Positions 39,388-52,400 of a stretch of 64,000 nucleotides of DNA are shown here, in pieces. A program made the position numbers and the translations under genes. The notes under the pieces are model-generated. The model had not been told where the DNA came from. It made no database searches and was given only the letters and a program-made list of their open reading frames with translations. This DNA is from Tubulanus polymorphus (Eukaryota; Animalia; Nemertea): assembly GCF_964204645.1 (NCBI RefSeq), contig NC_134031.1:17861810-17925809 (forward strand), written 5' to 3'. Numbering within the stretch: position 1 is the stretch's first letter; each line of letters opens with the position of its first letter.

Positions 39388-40283
39388 ACCCTGTCACATT
39401 CACGAATTCTTACACTCCCGCATTGCGCATATGCCACATTTGAATGCAGCGACGCATTATATAGATATACGGATACAGATTTTAACTTTGGAGGTTGTTT
39501 TGTTAATTTGAATAGACTTGACGATCGAACAGACCGGGGTCACTACGAACAGAACATTCACGTCATCAAAAACTCTTAAACAAACTGACACACGTAAATT
39601 CCTCAGTTTCATCAGTACCATTCCTCAGTTTCATCAGTAGAAAATCGAATTGAGGCCCCAATTCGACTCTACAGAAACTGGTTACATTCCAAACTTGTTT
39701 CCCTCCGCTCAAATAACGAGTCCAAAGAGAGAATTCACATCCATTTAACACGTTGACATTTCCGTTCGCTTTCACGCTCATCTCCGCCGCTCTTTCAGTG
39801 TCAACTCGACGACTCAACTCACTCGTAGTCATACTGCACAAAATCATCCAGCATCATTACAATCCTATTGCTCAACTCACGCAGGCCCTCGTGGGTTTGG
39901 AGTCCAGATTTGTAAATTAAGCTGGAAATATCTAATCATTCCGCGAATGAAAGATCATTCCTTCGCTGCACAAGGCTAGTCCGGGAATATAACTTTCATA
40001 TCGCCGCAAATTCTTCCTATCTTCCCGGTTTCTTACATCGCTGTTCGGAAAACTTCATTCTCGGCTTTTCGGCAAATTTCGGTCGGGTCGAAGATCCAAT
40101 ATGACATATATAAATTAGGTGTAGAAAATTTCGTAAGATTTCAACAAAAAAAATGTTTAATGTGTTGACTTGTTGGTGTGATCTTTGATCGGCTGTAATT
40201 GAAGTTGAGAATTCGTATCATTTTGAAAACACTATCACCATTAAAGCACGAGAAAATTGAATTCTAAAAACTTACATAGCGAT

Positions 40284-41449
40284 TTAGGTGACGCCTCGCT
40301 TGGCCTTCGATTTCTTGCGGCGGCCATTCTTCTTTTCCTTTTCCTTCTTCGCTTTTTCTTTCATAGCCTCGGTGTAGCTCTTATCGAAGATCAATGGGAT
40401 CAAAGCGGCAGGTTTAGCGACTGGTTTTGGTGGAGTGATTGGTCGCGCAATTATTTCGTCGTCGTCATAAATTGGTGAGACGTTCACACGAGATTTTCTA
40501 CCCCAGATCAAGTCATTGTCCGATTGCTTTTTCTTCATTCGTGCATCAATTTGTGGCAGTCTAATGTCTCCGGTGCAATCTGTAATATTGATATGTCATA
40601 CAGTCGTTGCGTTATCTATTACACGTGAGCTGATATTGTCTGTAATTTGATACATACCAGTTGGCGAAATAGTCGTGAGGCTTCTGCGCTTGCCGTTACC
40701 GATATCCGGGAAAAGTTTTGGCTGCTTCCACGCGGGATCTTTGAAAATACCGTTTTTGCATCGCATCGCGAAAAGCGATTCATGTTTTAATTTCGAAGCC
40801 ATTGCGAACGAATTGCAGTCAATATTTTCGTTACTCTTATTTTTCTCTACAATCAATGAGAAATGATAGAAGAACATCCAAATCCTTAAGACTATGTGAC
40901 TAATACGATTTTTTTTCAAGAATATTTCCACAATAAATGCTGATAGTTATCTATTTCAGTGTTAATCAGTATGATAATAATTCGTGTTTATTTCCTTCTA
41001 TCAATCATAATTGTGTACTCCAAAAATATAGAATAAATTCGTATAATTTGCATAATATCGTTGACAACATTGACTAACTGGAAAATCTTTAAGAAGCTAT
41101 TTTGGATAAGAATATTCTAAGAAAGTTCAGATGTTTGGGTGAGTGCTTGAGACTCAACTTCCACAAGACTGTGCCAGCGTTCCCATCACGGCCCGAACCC
41201 CAAATGTTTTAAACCCCAATTGCAATGTAGACGTCCCGATGCTTCATACTTTTTTTGAAACGACATAACCATCATTACACTTTATCAATAACTAAAAGAG
41301 CTTTTTCATTACGCAAAGTAATCATTCGCATATCAGTTTAAGGTCAAAGTCTCGGTTCAGAATCATCGCCAATACTCACTCGCAATACTCGGTAATTGAC
41401 GACTCGGAGGTCGGTCACCGTTGGGGTTCTGTCCCCAGTTCCAATCCAT
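40284..41449 (-). CDS. Uncharacterised basic protein (~184 aa, 3 exons), probably ciliary or sperm-expressed
   Basis: Exons 41449-41380, 40846-40658, 40579-40284 join in phase with strong donors (GTGAGT, GTATGT). Reads MDWNWGQNPNGDRPPSRQLPSIA..KLFPDI..IRLPQI.. with a Lys-rich end. No recognisable domain. Confidence 0.65.
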
Positions 41450-41555
41450 GATTAATTTATCAACTTATAACGTCAGATGCAATTGTATCTACGTCGATTT
41501 AGTGGAAATAGAACCACGAAGTTGGGCTCAGTAGTCTTTTTTCGGTGATGGAAAC

Positions 41556-41581
41556 GTTGCTAGGTAACGTATCTATGCAAC
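41556..41581. promoter_or_regulatory. Tandem RFX X-box motifs
   Basis: GTTGCTAGGTAAC (41556-41568) abuts GTATCTATGCAAC (41569-41581), ~110 bp upstream of the orphan ATG. Confidence 0.6.
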
Positions 41582-42139
41582 TTACATCGTGACGTAGGCT
41601 GGCATGACTTCCACTGGTCAGTGGGTCTCGGCAATTTATTATCTCACTTCATGAATCCGTTGCTATGAAGCCATATATATCTTGGAAAAGCACATTGTAA
41701 AAATGAAGGAGTCTCTTTATTGATATACATATTGCGCGGGGATATTTGTCATGAAATTGTTACTGGGGTGGATGAAGAGTTTCTTCGAAAACTTTATTTG
41801 GCAGATTCGGCCATGCTAGCATCACAGACCCGAGGAATTTACGAGGGGTCACGGGCTCTCCACTCAGAATTTCTTTTAGAAGTTTAGGGAAAATGTCAGG
41901 CTTTTCTGGTCTTTTCAGTGTTCAGGGGGAAGGGAGGAGGTACTAAAATCTACATTCAAATGGGTCACTTGGCACAAAACCGATCAAAATTTTTAATTCT
42001 AATTCCCTTATGTTGCATACGAAATGTTTTGAAGATCCTCGACGTTAATTCAGATGATGGGATTTTTTACCGCAACTCGAAAATCGTGTAATAGACCACG
42101 TATTGTTCCTAGTTTCTAGTATAGACTTACCTCGGATGT

Positions 42140-42206
42140 CTGATTTGAAAATCTTGGAATTTGTAGTACAATTATTGTACTAGAAATTCCAAGATTTTCA
42201 AATCAG
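42140..42206. repeat. Near-perfect 67-bp palindrome
   Basis: 33-bp arms CTGATTTGAAAATCTTGGAATTT(G)TAGTACAAT, 1-nt spacer, one mismatch. Confidence 0.9.
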
Positions 42207-43715
42207 GGAAATATTTACGGTTTCGAACACCCGAAGTTACCAGTTTCGTTCCCGGCAGGTGTGATGGGCTCGTAAGGGACACCAAATCAACGAAATCTAC
42301 CAACTTATAAAATAAAATAATAAAAACAGGGACAATCGCTATTTTAAGATCAACAAGATTTAAACACGGACTCTTCGTTTTCGAGTCCATGGTCCAAACG
42401 ACTGATTCCTGGTGCCCTGGATTTCGTTTTGTAGCGAAGTTCCACTCGGAATTATCAACAAGACTTGGGTCCATTCAAATCGACTGCTGGAATCCGAGAA
42501 AATCCTCAGCAAACGAAGAAACAAGTAATTTTCAATATAAACAGTAACCAAATAATGTTTAATACTCAGTAAGCTGACAAACCTCATCAATTACATACAT
42601 ATATTAACTGCATAGAGTGATATCAATTCTGAATACATCATTTTCAAAGCCCGGCTCAACAAAGCAAGCGATGCAATTCATGTAAACAAGATTCAAGGCA
42701 AACATTTAAAAATTAAAGGTAAGAAGAATTGAAAACATGGCTGTGAAAATGTGACGCGACAGTAAAAGGAGATAAATTCACATTTACATGAACTACTTAT
42801 TTATTGTATTGGCAGTGTCTATTAATGAAAAGAAAATATTACAATTTTTATTTAATTAAGAAAACGTATTTTTATCATGAGCTCATTGATAGAATTGATT
42901 ATGTAAATAAAAGGTAAAATAATTGAGATTTGACAGAAGTCTTGTTAAATTGATTAATAATGATCGGTGATACATGGATATCGCGCAGAGTGGGAATTCA
43001 GAAAAATAAGAATAACTTACTTCTTCTATGGCACATTTGAAAATTGACATACAGTGTAAAATGTACATCATAATTCAACTATATTCGAATCGAAAAACGA
43101 ATGGAAGGAACTTATATTCTTCAGACTATGGGCTTCAAAGTTACCTCAAGCTGTAAATCCTCAACGCGAGTGACATTATCGCTCGAGAAATAATGAGTAA
43201 TAACTTGACAAACTTCGAAATGTTCTTGGGGATTATTTTGCCCGCCATTCTATGAACTCAATCCAGGATGATAAGAGTCAGTTTGAACTGAAATTACGCT
43301 GGAATTTACATTTGAATTACACTGATTAAACAAACAGCGTCCACAATTGAAACTGTGGACGATGAGAATGAAATTGATGAATGAGAAAGAACACATTAAA
43401 ACAACTTAAACAATGCAGCTCATATCACCGCAGCGCTATATATTACCGATTAAAATTTGCACATAATCAGCTATTTTTCCGTCGTACCCACACCGCTACT
43501 AGCCATACCATAATACACTCAGCTTATTATAATAATCAACAGCAAACACGTATCGAGGTTAATACATTTACTATAGTTGAAGAAAAGAAATTCAGATTTT
43601 CCCGTCGTCGCCACCGCTGATATTTCACATTACAACTCATCGATTCAATACAATAAAAATATATCCAGGCGAAACTGGTGTGTTTTTCTGACGAATCTTT
43701 CGTCGCAGTTTTTCG

Positions 43716-45867
43716 TTACTTCTTCGGCTGATGAAGCGGGAGGCCTATATCCTTTCCCCTCAGCTTTATCCCTGAAATGCAGACATTTCGAAATCGTACA
43801 AAAATGATGACATTCGGTTCCGATATACGGTCAGCCCCCGATATACCTCCCACGTCGGAGCAGAATGATTTTGGCGGTATAGACAGTATGGCGGTATATC
43901 AGGGGTGTTTTAATATGTATTTGTATAGTGATATACTTTGAGAAAACCTGGGTCAACTTCGGTTATCGCACTATAGTCGAATTAAGTAAAACCGAATGTC
44001 AGTTAGTCGAAACTATATTCCGGAAATTAAGCACATCCAGTTATTAGTTCCGACCTCTCGTCGACTAGATACGAAAAGCGAATTTGGCCCCTGGCGGGGT
44101 GGTGGTATATCGGGGTTGACTGTAGTATTTTTCCGATTTTGACCGAGACAGTAGACAGCTCTTGCAAAACCAAATCAAACCGATCCAAGGCGAATGAACC
44201 TGCATCATACCGGTATTTTTCTTATTACCAAGTATATATTGATTTCATTGATTTGATATCATAGATTGATTTGCTTACCGAGCGCACGCTCCAATTTACC
44301 CATGATCTGAGGATTCGGAATAGCTCTGCCAGCTTCATAATCATTGACCACCTGTGGTTTTTCGTTTATTTTCTACAAAAAAAAAATAGATGAACAAAAA
44401 TCTCAATCATCATTTAGTACCCTTAATATCCAGCACGATGGTTATTGCTAAACTGTCAGAATGTCTAAATCTTCGCCCATTTTGGAGTTATAGTAATAAT
44501 AAATAATGAAATCTATTTTTATACCGCTCTCTATAGCGTATTAGAGCGGTTAACATAAAATATTCATACATTACATCATCCTAATACATTTCAATAAAAT
44601 GTTTAAAAAAAGCCAGGTTTTCACACCAGACTTAAATTCATCAATATCCGTGCAGCTGCATAAAATGAGTGATTTGGGTGATTTTTAAGAGTTCTTAGCG
44701 AGTTAATCACTGAAATATCTAAATACCATCGAATGTTGGCTTCAACTTAATATTCTGCTACAAATTATTTTCATAAAGGGCATTGACAGTACCCTATATT
44801 TTTACAGAAAAGAAGACCCTCTTCTAAAATTTCAGCCAAAATGTTTTGTCTTAATGAAAGTGCCCTTTCAGGTTTCTTCGACGATGTTGTGCCCTTTACG
44901 ATATCAAATTCACATAAATCTAGGGGGCACGCTAAAGTTTGAGGGTCTTATGGAACAGCTTTGCCCCCGAATAATCTCTCTGTGATTAAACCCACTGTTG
45001 ATAAATCTTTCTGCGTCATTTTCAATTCGCTGCGTCGTTTTTGAATATGTTTTGCGACTCCCATCGATACGCGATCGTGGTGTAACTCTTCCGTTTCGCG
45101 ATCTAACTTGGCCGTATCCTTCGCGGCGGTCGACTGTTTATTTTGAGCCGCTGAAACTGTTTCGAAAAGAAAACATCATTATAGAAAGTTATTACAACGA
45201 CGGCGCAGGGGCAAATTTATCTCTTCGGTAGAACGTGTGCTTTTCTTAGCATTCAAGCGATAAACAACTGCTTACATTTCTTGTCAGTTTTAATTTCGGC
45301 GCCAGATCTTTGTGCTGCATTTATTGCCTGAAAATAAAAAACAGATCACTGATTTTTGAGGCTAATCTCCTGTGTTTTACTTTGTTTTGTTACAACAGAC
45401 ACTGAGACAGGTGTGGTGGGTTAGTACTGTGAAGGAGAATTAATCAAGAGATCCAGACTGAAAGTGGCATAACGAAGCCTGGCACTGGCAGTGAAGGATT
45501 CCTGACCTAGGGAAGGGTAGTCTAGTACCTAGCCATTGTTCCTGAAACACAGAACCGTAACAACGACTGGTATTCAGACTAAGGGAAGGGTTAAGTTACC
45601 ACAACACTGACTCTGTTAAAAAACTAATTAAATTTGATTCAATAACTAATGAAATTGCAGAATGTTTATTCTATTAACGCAAAATTGACAACAGATAGGC
45701 TATTGACGTTCCTAGAAATAATTTGCGTGCAAAAACTTGTCTCTGTCTCTGAACTGAACGTTCTTTGCACAGATTAAAATGTTGCGAACCCTTTGAGATT
45801 TCAATGCCGTAGATTTCGGAGCCTTTTTGCGTAAATACGTGACATCGTCCCAGCCAACTTCAGCCAT
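43716..45867 (-). CDS. EDF1: Endothelial differentiation-related factor 1 / multiprotein bridging factor 1, 146 aa, 5 exons
   Basis: Exons 45867-45790, 45327-45276, 45156-44996, 44372-44279, 43771-43716. Translation: [89 protein letters not shown]. Absent from the supplied ORF track. Confidence 0.96.
43828..44122. mobile_element. Tc1/mariner (pogo-like) MITE with TA flanks
   Basis: TA|CGGTCAGCCCCCGATATACC ... GGTATATCGGGGTTGACTG|TA; second, shorter copy at 57505-57654. Confidence 0.75.
44515..44660 (-). mobile_element. 3' remnant of a CR1/L2-clade LINE in an EDF1 intron
   Basis: Minus strand reads [17 protein letters not shown], like the FKxxLKTxLF ORF2 terminus, followed by a stem-loop ACCGCTCT...AGAGCGGT and an A-rich tail. 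Confidence 0.5.
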
Positions 45868-46436
45868 CGTCGAGTGCGGTGTAGTTTATTCTAGGTGACA
45901 ACAAATAGCAAACAGCTAGAGATTTTCTGGCGAGTCGTGGTGCGTAGATTTATTACAGCTTTGCGAAACTTGACGCAATAGCAATAGCAATTCAATTCAC
46001 TTTTATTGATACATAGATCCGATGACGAAATTATGAATTTGAAATATTCATTAATAGTTATTTGAATATTTAAAAAATATAAGGTTCAAAATATTGGTTC
46101 AGTAGACACCTTCCCCTTTATTCGAGATTTCCTTGCCTAAGATAATATTTATGTCTGTTTTTTTTCATTTTCTTCTTTTTTCAATTTCTTTATCTTGTTA
46201 GCCTGTGTGTATCTTTCTACTTTTTTTAGTATGAAATGATACGAAAAATGAATAAATTACTAAATAAATAAAATGAAATAAATATTAAAAACTGCTCTCA
46301 GCGGACGCGGGCCCGGACTGCGGCCGGTAGACTGGTTACCGCAGCCGGTAGAGCGCGCGCGGGGACACGCCCACTGTACGCGAAACAAGCCGTTCTGAAA
46401 CTAGGTCACTAGCGTCTCGTCGATCAAGATGGCGGC
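45868..46436. promoter_or_regulatory. Bidirectional promoter of EDF1 and the DDAH-like gene
   Basis: Divergent ATGs ~560 bp apart; GC/CpG patch at 46300-46440; YY1-type CAAGATGGCGGC at 46425-46436 overlaps the DDAH ATG. Confidence 0.6.
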
Positions 46437-49400
46437 TTTTAAATACAATTTCGCGATCGTAAGTCGAATTCCGAACAGTTACAAGGATCTCCATCCAGAG
46501 GTGAATCTGGAGAAGGCCCGGGAGAATCTGGAACAATATGTGGAAGTTTTGCGGCAATTAGGAATCGACGTGTTGGAGTTACCGGCCGATGAGTGCCACC
46601 CGGAATGCGTGAATGTCGACGATACCGCGGTTGTTATCAATCATACGGCTTTGATGTGTAACCCTGTCGTTCACCAGCGACAAGGAGAGGTAAATAAATA
46701 ACATCTACACAGTATATTTAAATTTTCCAGCCTATTGACGAAAGATAGAAGTAAAATGGATACAATTTATGGTCTTAATTTTTGTGGCGTGTAACCTTTT
46801 TTTGTCGAGTGAGTCACACTTCTGTAGACACCTTCCTTCGCTTAATTAGTATATTTTTACATCCTGTCCCTGTCCTTAAAGACACTGCTGGGACGGGTTG
46901 GGTATTGATTTTGGATACGACCAAAATAAAGCCCTGTTTTGCTTATTGTAGGCATCTGGGATTCATCAGAAATCATTGGACTGGGATAGGTTAAATAAAT
47001 TGCCCCTGTATCTAAGTCAAGTACAGAATTTATGTTATTAAAAGGGTGCTAAATCAAATCGGTAGTATTTTAGGCCTTGTTAACAACATTAGTCGAGTCA
47101 ATTTCTAGCCAAGTCCCATATTTTCAAGATGGAAGTATTACTATCAATGTACCCGCCTAACTGATGCCCCCAAAACAGCCCTAACATCATGACATAACCT
47201 ATAGGCCTACTCATAAACACTTGTAGACACTAATACATGAAATGATTGGACTTTCTTATGTCTTCTGTGTTTGACATATTCAGACACAATAGATGACATA
47301 TACCCCTCTGCGCAAACTAGCCATCATGAATTAATAATTAATTCATTCTTTACGTATGTTCTGTATAATAGGGCGTACAGAATAATTAGCTATGAAGGTT
47401 TGTTGAATATTCAATTTGTCATTCGTATGACAGATATTTGAGATGATAGCACCACTGTGAAATGTAAAAATTATGATTGTCTAAATCGCAATCGTCATCA
47501 CAAAAATGACTCGATGACTTGATCATATTAGCATACTATATCTGCATCGGGGACTGTTCATTTGATTAGGTGGACTGTGAACCACTTGAAAAAGAATACC
47601 GATATCCTCCAAAGCTTAACGTTTTTTCCAAAAATCCTCATTACTTATGGCTGGATTTTTTTTCATTCGATTGAGAGGTGTTCAGTTACGCGAGCGTGCT
47701 GGAAACAAAATTACCGGCGTGTTTTCGCTTTATTTGTTGATAAGCTATAACTTATAAAACTCTCTGATTTGACCTACTGACTGAATTGGTGGGCAAATCA
47801 ACTATTTTTCTATGTCAATTGTGTACGTGTATTTGATCTATACATTTATCATATTACTCAGAATATGATCAATAATTGGGGTAGAAATTTTGCGATGGTT
47901 TTCATTGACAATGTTCACTGATGACGATAAAAGGTAAAAAAAAAAAAACCGATTCTATGCGTCACACTGTAGGCAATTCGTTAAGATAATTATGACCAAA
48001 AGTTTTATCCCGATATTCTCTTTTATCCATCCTATCCGCATCCTCGCTTGCCAGGGTTTGATTGCATCGTGCTGAAGCTCACGCCAACACGAACCGTGGC
48101 TGCAGACCCTTCATTGATCTATCTACACCGTCCGAGAGTTCTTTCCGAGGTGGACAGGTCGCCCGTCGGTGGGCAACGTTTGTGTTGGCGTGAGCTTCGG
48201 CAGGAGACAATCAAACCCTGGCAAGCGAAAATGTCCTATCCATGAACGCGCTCTGTAATTTGATGAACACAAAGTCGTTCTGTTTTAGACCTTTTTAAGA
48301 TGATCAAACTGAAAGTAGTTGATACTTGCTCAGTCATGAGTTGATACTTGCAGATCTGATCACAGCTACTTTTTGTGAGTACATTCAATGATATGAGAAT
48401 ATTCAGAATAAGTTTTAGTTCATTTTCAATTAGATTAGTATTTTTTATATCAATTTTGGTTATAACGACTACAATCAGAGATATTATCAGATAGTCTGGT
48501 ATGTAGACTACTTGCTTCACAGTCTCTGTTATATGAATGGTGATTTGATTAGATGTTTTTGAAATGTTGCCTTGTTTGTACTGTTATGCGAATGATCCAT
48601 CATCCATCCTGTTTATGATAGATATTTTTGTTGTTGCATTCGATAAAAATTGCTGATCATCTTTTTTCGTGCATAATATGCGGGTTCATTTGAACTGCGT
48701 GCTCTATTTACCTATATTTAGACATGCCATTGTTCGATGTGTCATTACGAATTTCTGGTGTGAACTTTGAAAATTAGCCATGAAATGTTCTGTGTAGTTA
48801 TTCATATTCAATTTGATTGAATTAACGGATCTCACAATTTCTTCCCTCTCTGAAATGTGGCGTCATCGAAGCAGGAGGCCTAATAATTTTTACCAGTCGA
48901 AATGTCTCTGTGATTTATACTGCCAAATTAGTCCATCTCATTTCCCTGGAAAAAATCATTAATAGTAGATACACACGGTTGCCTATCTCTACGAAAACGG
49001 ATGTTTTTAATGCACTGAGGTCTAATATACCATCTGTTGTCACTAATTTAATCTCACTCCGTTTATGGGTCAAGTGCACCCCTAGTGTCGACGACCTTGC
49101 AGGAATATGAAATCGAGTTCAACTAGATTTTTAAGTTTACGAAAGTGAGAATATTCGATGTTCATTAAATCGATGAATTGATTTATGTTTTAATGTAGAA
49201 ATATGATTTATTTTCATGATACTGATTATCATTCCACCTGTCATTGAAATATTTGCTCATAATTTATCTCTGAAGTGTCGGGGAATATGTCGGCGTGACC
49301 GCTATAGGGTACTGTAAGATAGAAGACAGTAATTTTGAATTATTTCGCTAGCAAGATTAATACAGCATTTTTCTCTTATCTGGTCTTCGGTATTCCGTGA

Positions 49401-52400
49401 AAAACGGTGGCTATATAGCAAGGAAATATTTGGCAGTCCATTCGGTCTAATAAATATCACTGCAGCCCGCGTGGGTGCGTGCGATCTTGCATTGATGCTC
49501 CGCTAGTATCAGTCTTCCTGTTTCCTGTGATTATATTCCACTGATAAATGAATCAGATTTGTCTGACATACCTTCTTTCCTTCTTCCTGCGCGATGGGAA
49601 TGTACACTATCTAGTACTAATATACGCATAGTTGACACAGAGTCTGTTCCAGTACTCAGTGTCTGCGGCGGCTGGCTGCTCGTTTGATGTATGTCGGTCC
49701 CAGTGGATTTTTACGAGACAATTTAACCGGTTGTTGGGTATAATTTATCCGTAGCATTCTACCATGTTCAACTCGGGCATTTCTTGAAAAATATCTTTTT
49801 TCTTCATTTTCATATTCGCAAAATGATTTTCAAACACCAGTTCTTGTCTATCTATTTTACGAAACGATTTCAAAAGCCAATTGCTGATCAAAGATGTTAG
49901 CCTAACTCTATTATTACAGATTTTGCGTTAATTTCGCCATCAATTCAACCACTTGCCCTACAACGTTATAGTATCGCTTGGTATTGATAATGACTTGTAA
50001 TAACGCGTAGCTACTTTGCATGCGGCGGAGTAGTGTTAGAATTGCTAATATCGATGACAAGCTTTTAGCTGCAGTTTCCCAATGCAGGACGGGTTTTTAG
50101 TTCACTACACGGAAAAAAAGGCGATAAATCATTATTAAATACATTATACAGCGGCTGAAATAGCTGAAAATATCGTATTGTTCTTGTATATATGTAAGCA
50201 GCGTTCATAAGAGAGTCTGGGCTTACGAAGTACCGTACTTGTGAGGTACCAAGAATTCCGCACCCAAATGGTTGCACGTAGTGAGCTGGGTTATATCCTT
50301 TTTAGAAGATTACGTTTATGCCTTTGAAGTGTGTGTATGATTATTTAGTACTCATTGACACTGAATTACACAATTTGAAGGGTCAACAACCTACGATGTC
50401 TGCAGACAACGCTTTGTAATTGCAAAATATGTGAAGAAATTATTACTCACTAAGTTGTGCATCTATTTAACGAACAATGGTTTAATGTGAAACATGACGA
50501 AAAAAACTACAGAATTTGATTCTTCCAAACAATGATTGCGGAGGTGTTCGAATACCACAGCCATGTGTCAAAGGTTTTTATGCGAAAACCGGGATTCCAT
50601 TTTTAGGTTTAGCTATGGAATGGGAAAAATGTCAAACATGAAACGTTCTTTGGTGTTTTTGATTTTCACGCGTGATTTTTATTTTTTTAGGTTAACTTGA
50701 TACGGCAAACTTTAAGGAGAGAGCTCGGAATGAGAATAGTGGAACTTGATGATTCGAAGATTTTATTAGAGGGAGGCGATGTTATATTCACCGGTGAGTA
50801 TCTACCATCAACGACTTCTGGTTGTTGAACGTGCAATTTTTAGGTTCCGCCCGTCATAGGTAAGAATCCCGCTACAGTAACGCCTAGATGTAGTTCACCT
50901 GTGGCAATGGATCTATCCCCAAGAACTTGGTTTCCTGGCGTTGGTGTTGGTTCCACAGCCACGATAAGCGAAGCTCAGGTCAATTTACGACCTGATCAGA
51001 TCGTCGTCAGGATAGCAGTAGTACAAACGTGATCACTGATTGCCGATTTGTTTGTCTCGCTCGGGTCGTAGGAGATACAGAACTTGTTCAATTCTTGCAC
51101 GATTGGTCTGCAGTAAATCCGTCACGGTCATTAGTTAACTCACGTCGAAAAGGTTCCCAGTAAAAACGAATTGCGGACTCGTCTCCTTATGAGCCAACAA
51201 TCTGATTTGATCTTAATCGACCTGAGACTCCAAAATTGGTCTTATGCATTGTTAGATTAGCTATAGAACTAAGTAAGTTGGTCTCATACTGGTTTGGAAG
51301 TCTTAAGCCCCAGATATTCGGCAGCCGCTACTGACTGCATTAGAAAATGGAACTTCCCCGATATATTTTCCCCTCTCCTCAAGATACTAGATCAACTCGT
51401 TCTGAAAAGGTGTGATGAATTGAGCACCAACTGTTTTCTATTTGGTGTTTAAATCCGAAGGTATTCCATGCACAAATACAATTTGTATGATGAGATAACA
51501 TACTTTTGTTTTGAGCAATAACCGATGGGAAATGTTTGTAGTTGGAAAAAAAGTTACCTGATCCGCGATTCAAAAGATAACCAGATTTCATATTACCGCA
51601 ACTTAGTAAGTACAGGTAGGTATGGCCTCAGGGAGAAGGTGTATATACGACCTGGAATTGGAGTTAAAAAAAAGTCCTTGAAAAATATTAACTCAGATTG
51701 GTCATGGACACTATGGACACTGAGCTGAACGCTAGATTAGAAGATTTTTAAAACTATATCTAACTTGTTATGTGTGCATATACGTTTGAATGAAAATAGG
51801 ATTATCTGAGGGAAAAATTCCGTAAATTGCTGGTCTTTGTTGGCACAGTAGAATGAATGTAGGTTCACCGTGCTTATTTTTATTCATGGGTATAATGTTA
51901 TTGTGTTTAGTGTAAAAAGACTAACTAGCTATTTCGCTATTGGTTGTAAACTCGTTTTTTATGCGAGTTTACTATGAACTACGCAATCAGTGTTTACTAT
52001 CATCAGTGCTTTGGAAAAAGAAATTACCTTTTTGTCATTGTAGGTGATTGGATGTCTGAGTATAAGTTCTGCAGACATGGGGGAATGTTCAGATATCTGA
52101 TTAATTGGCCGTCTGGCCTGAGAATATTTAATTCTTGTGGTTTATGTTTTACAAATAACTGATTGGAAATATTGACTTGTTGCTCGAGTCGACGCAGATT
52201 GAAATAGAAAAAATATACGGAAAAGGAAATGGATTTGTCATAGAGCTATAATAGGGCTAGACATTGAGTCAACATTAACTATTTATTAGGTCATGCCTCC
52301 TAACTGAGAAAACCTCGATATCATAGCCTTATTTGAAAATGAAAAATATTGGCGTTACAGTAAAATAGGCTATTGTTGAATAGACACTGTGTTTATCATC

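Noticed and set aside
39566-39847. 93-aa minus-strand ORF downstream of the orphan gene
   Set aside because: No motif, contains a local duplication, and is likely 3'UTR.
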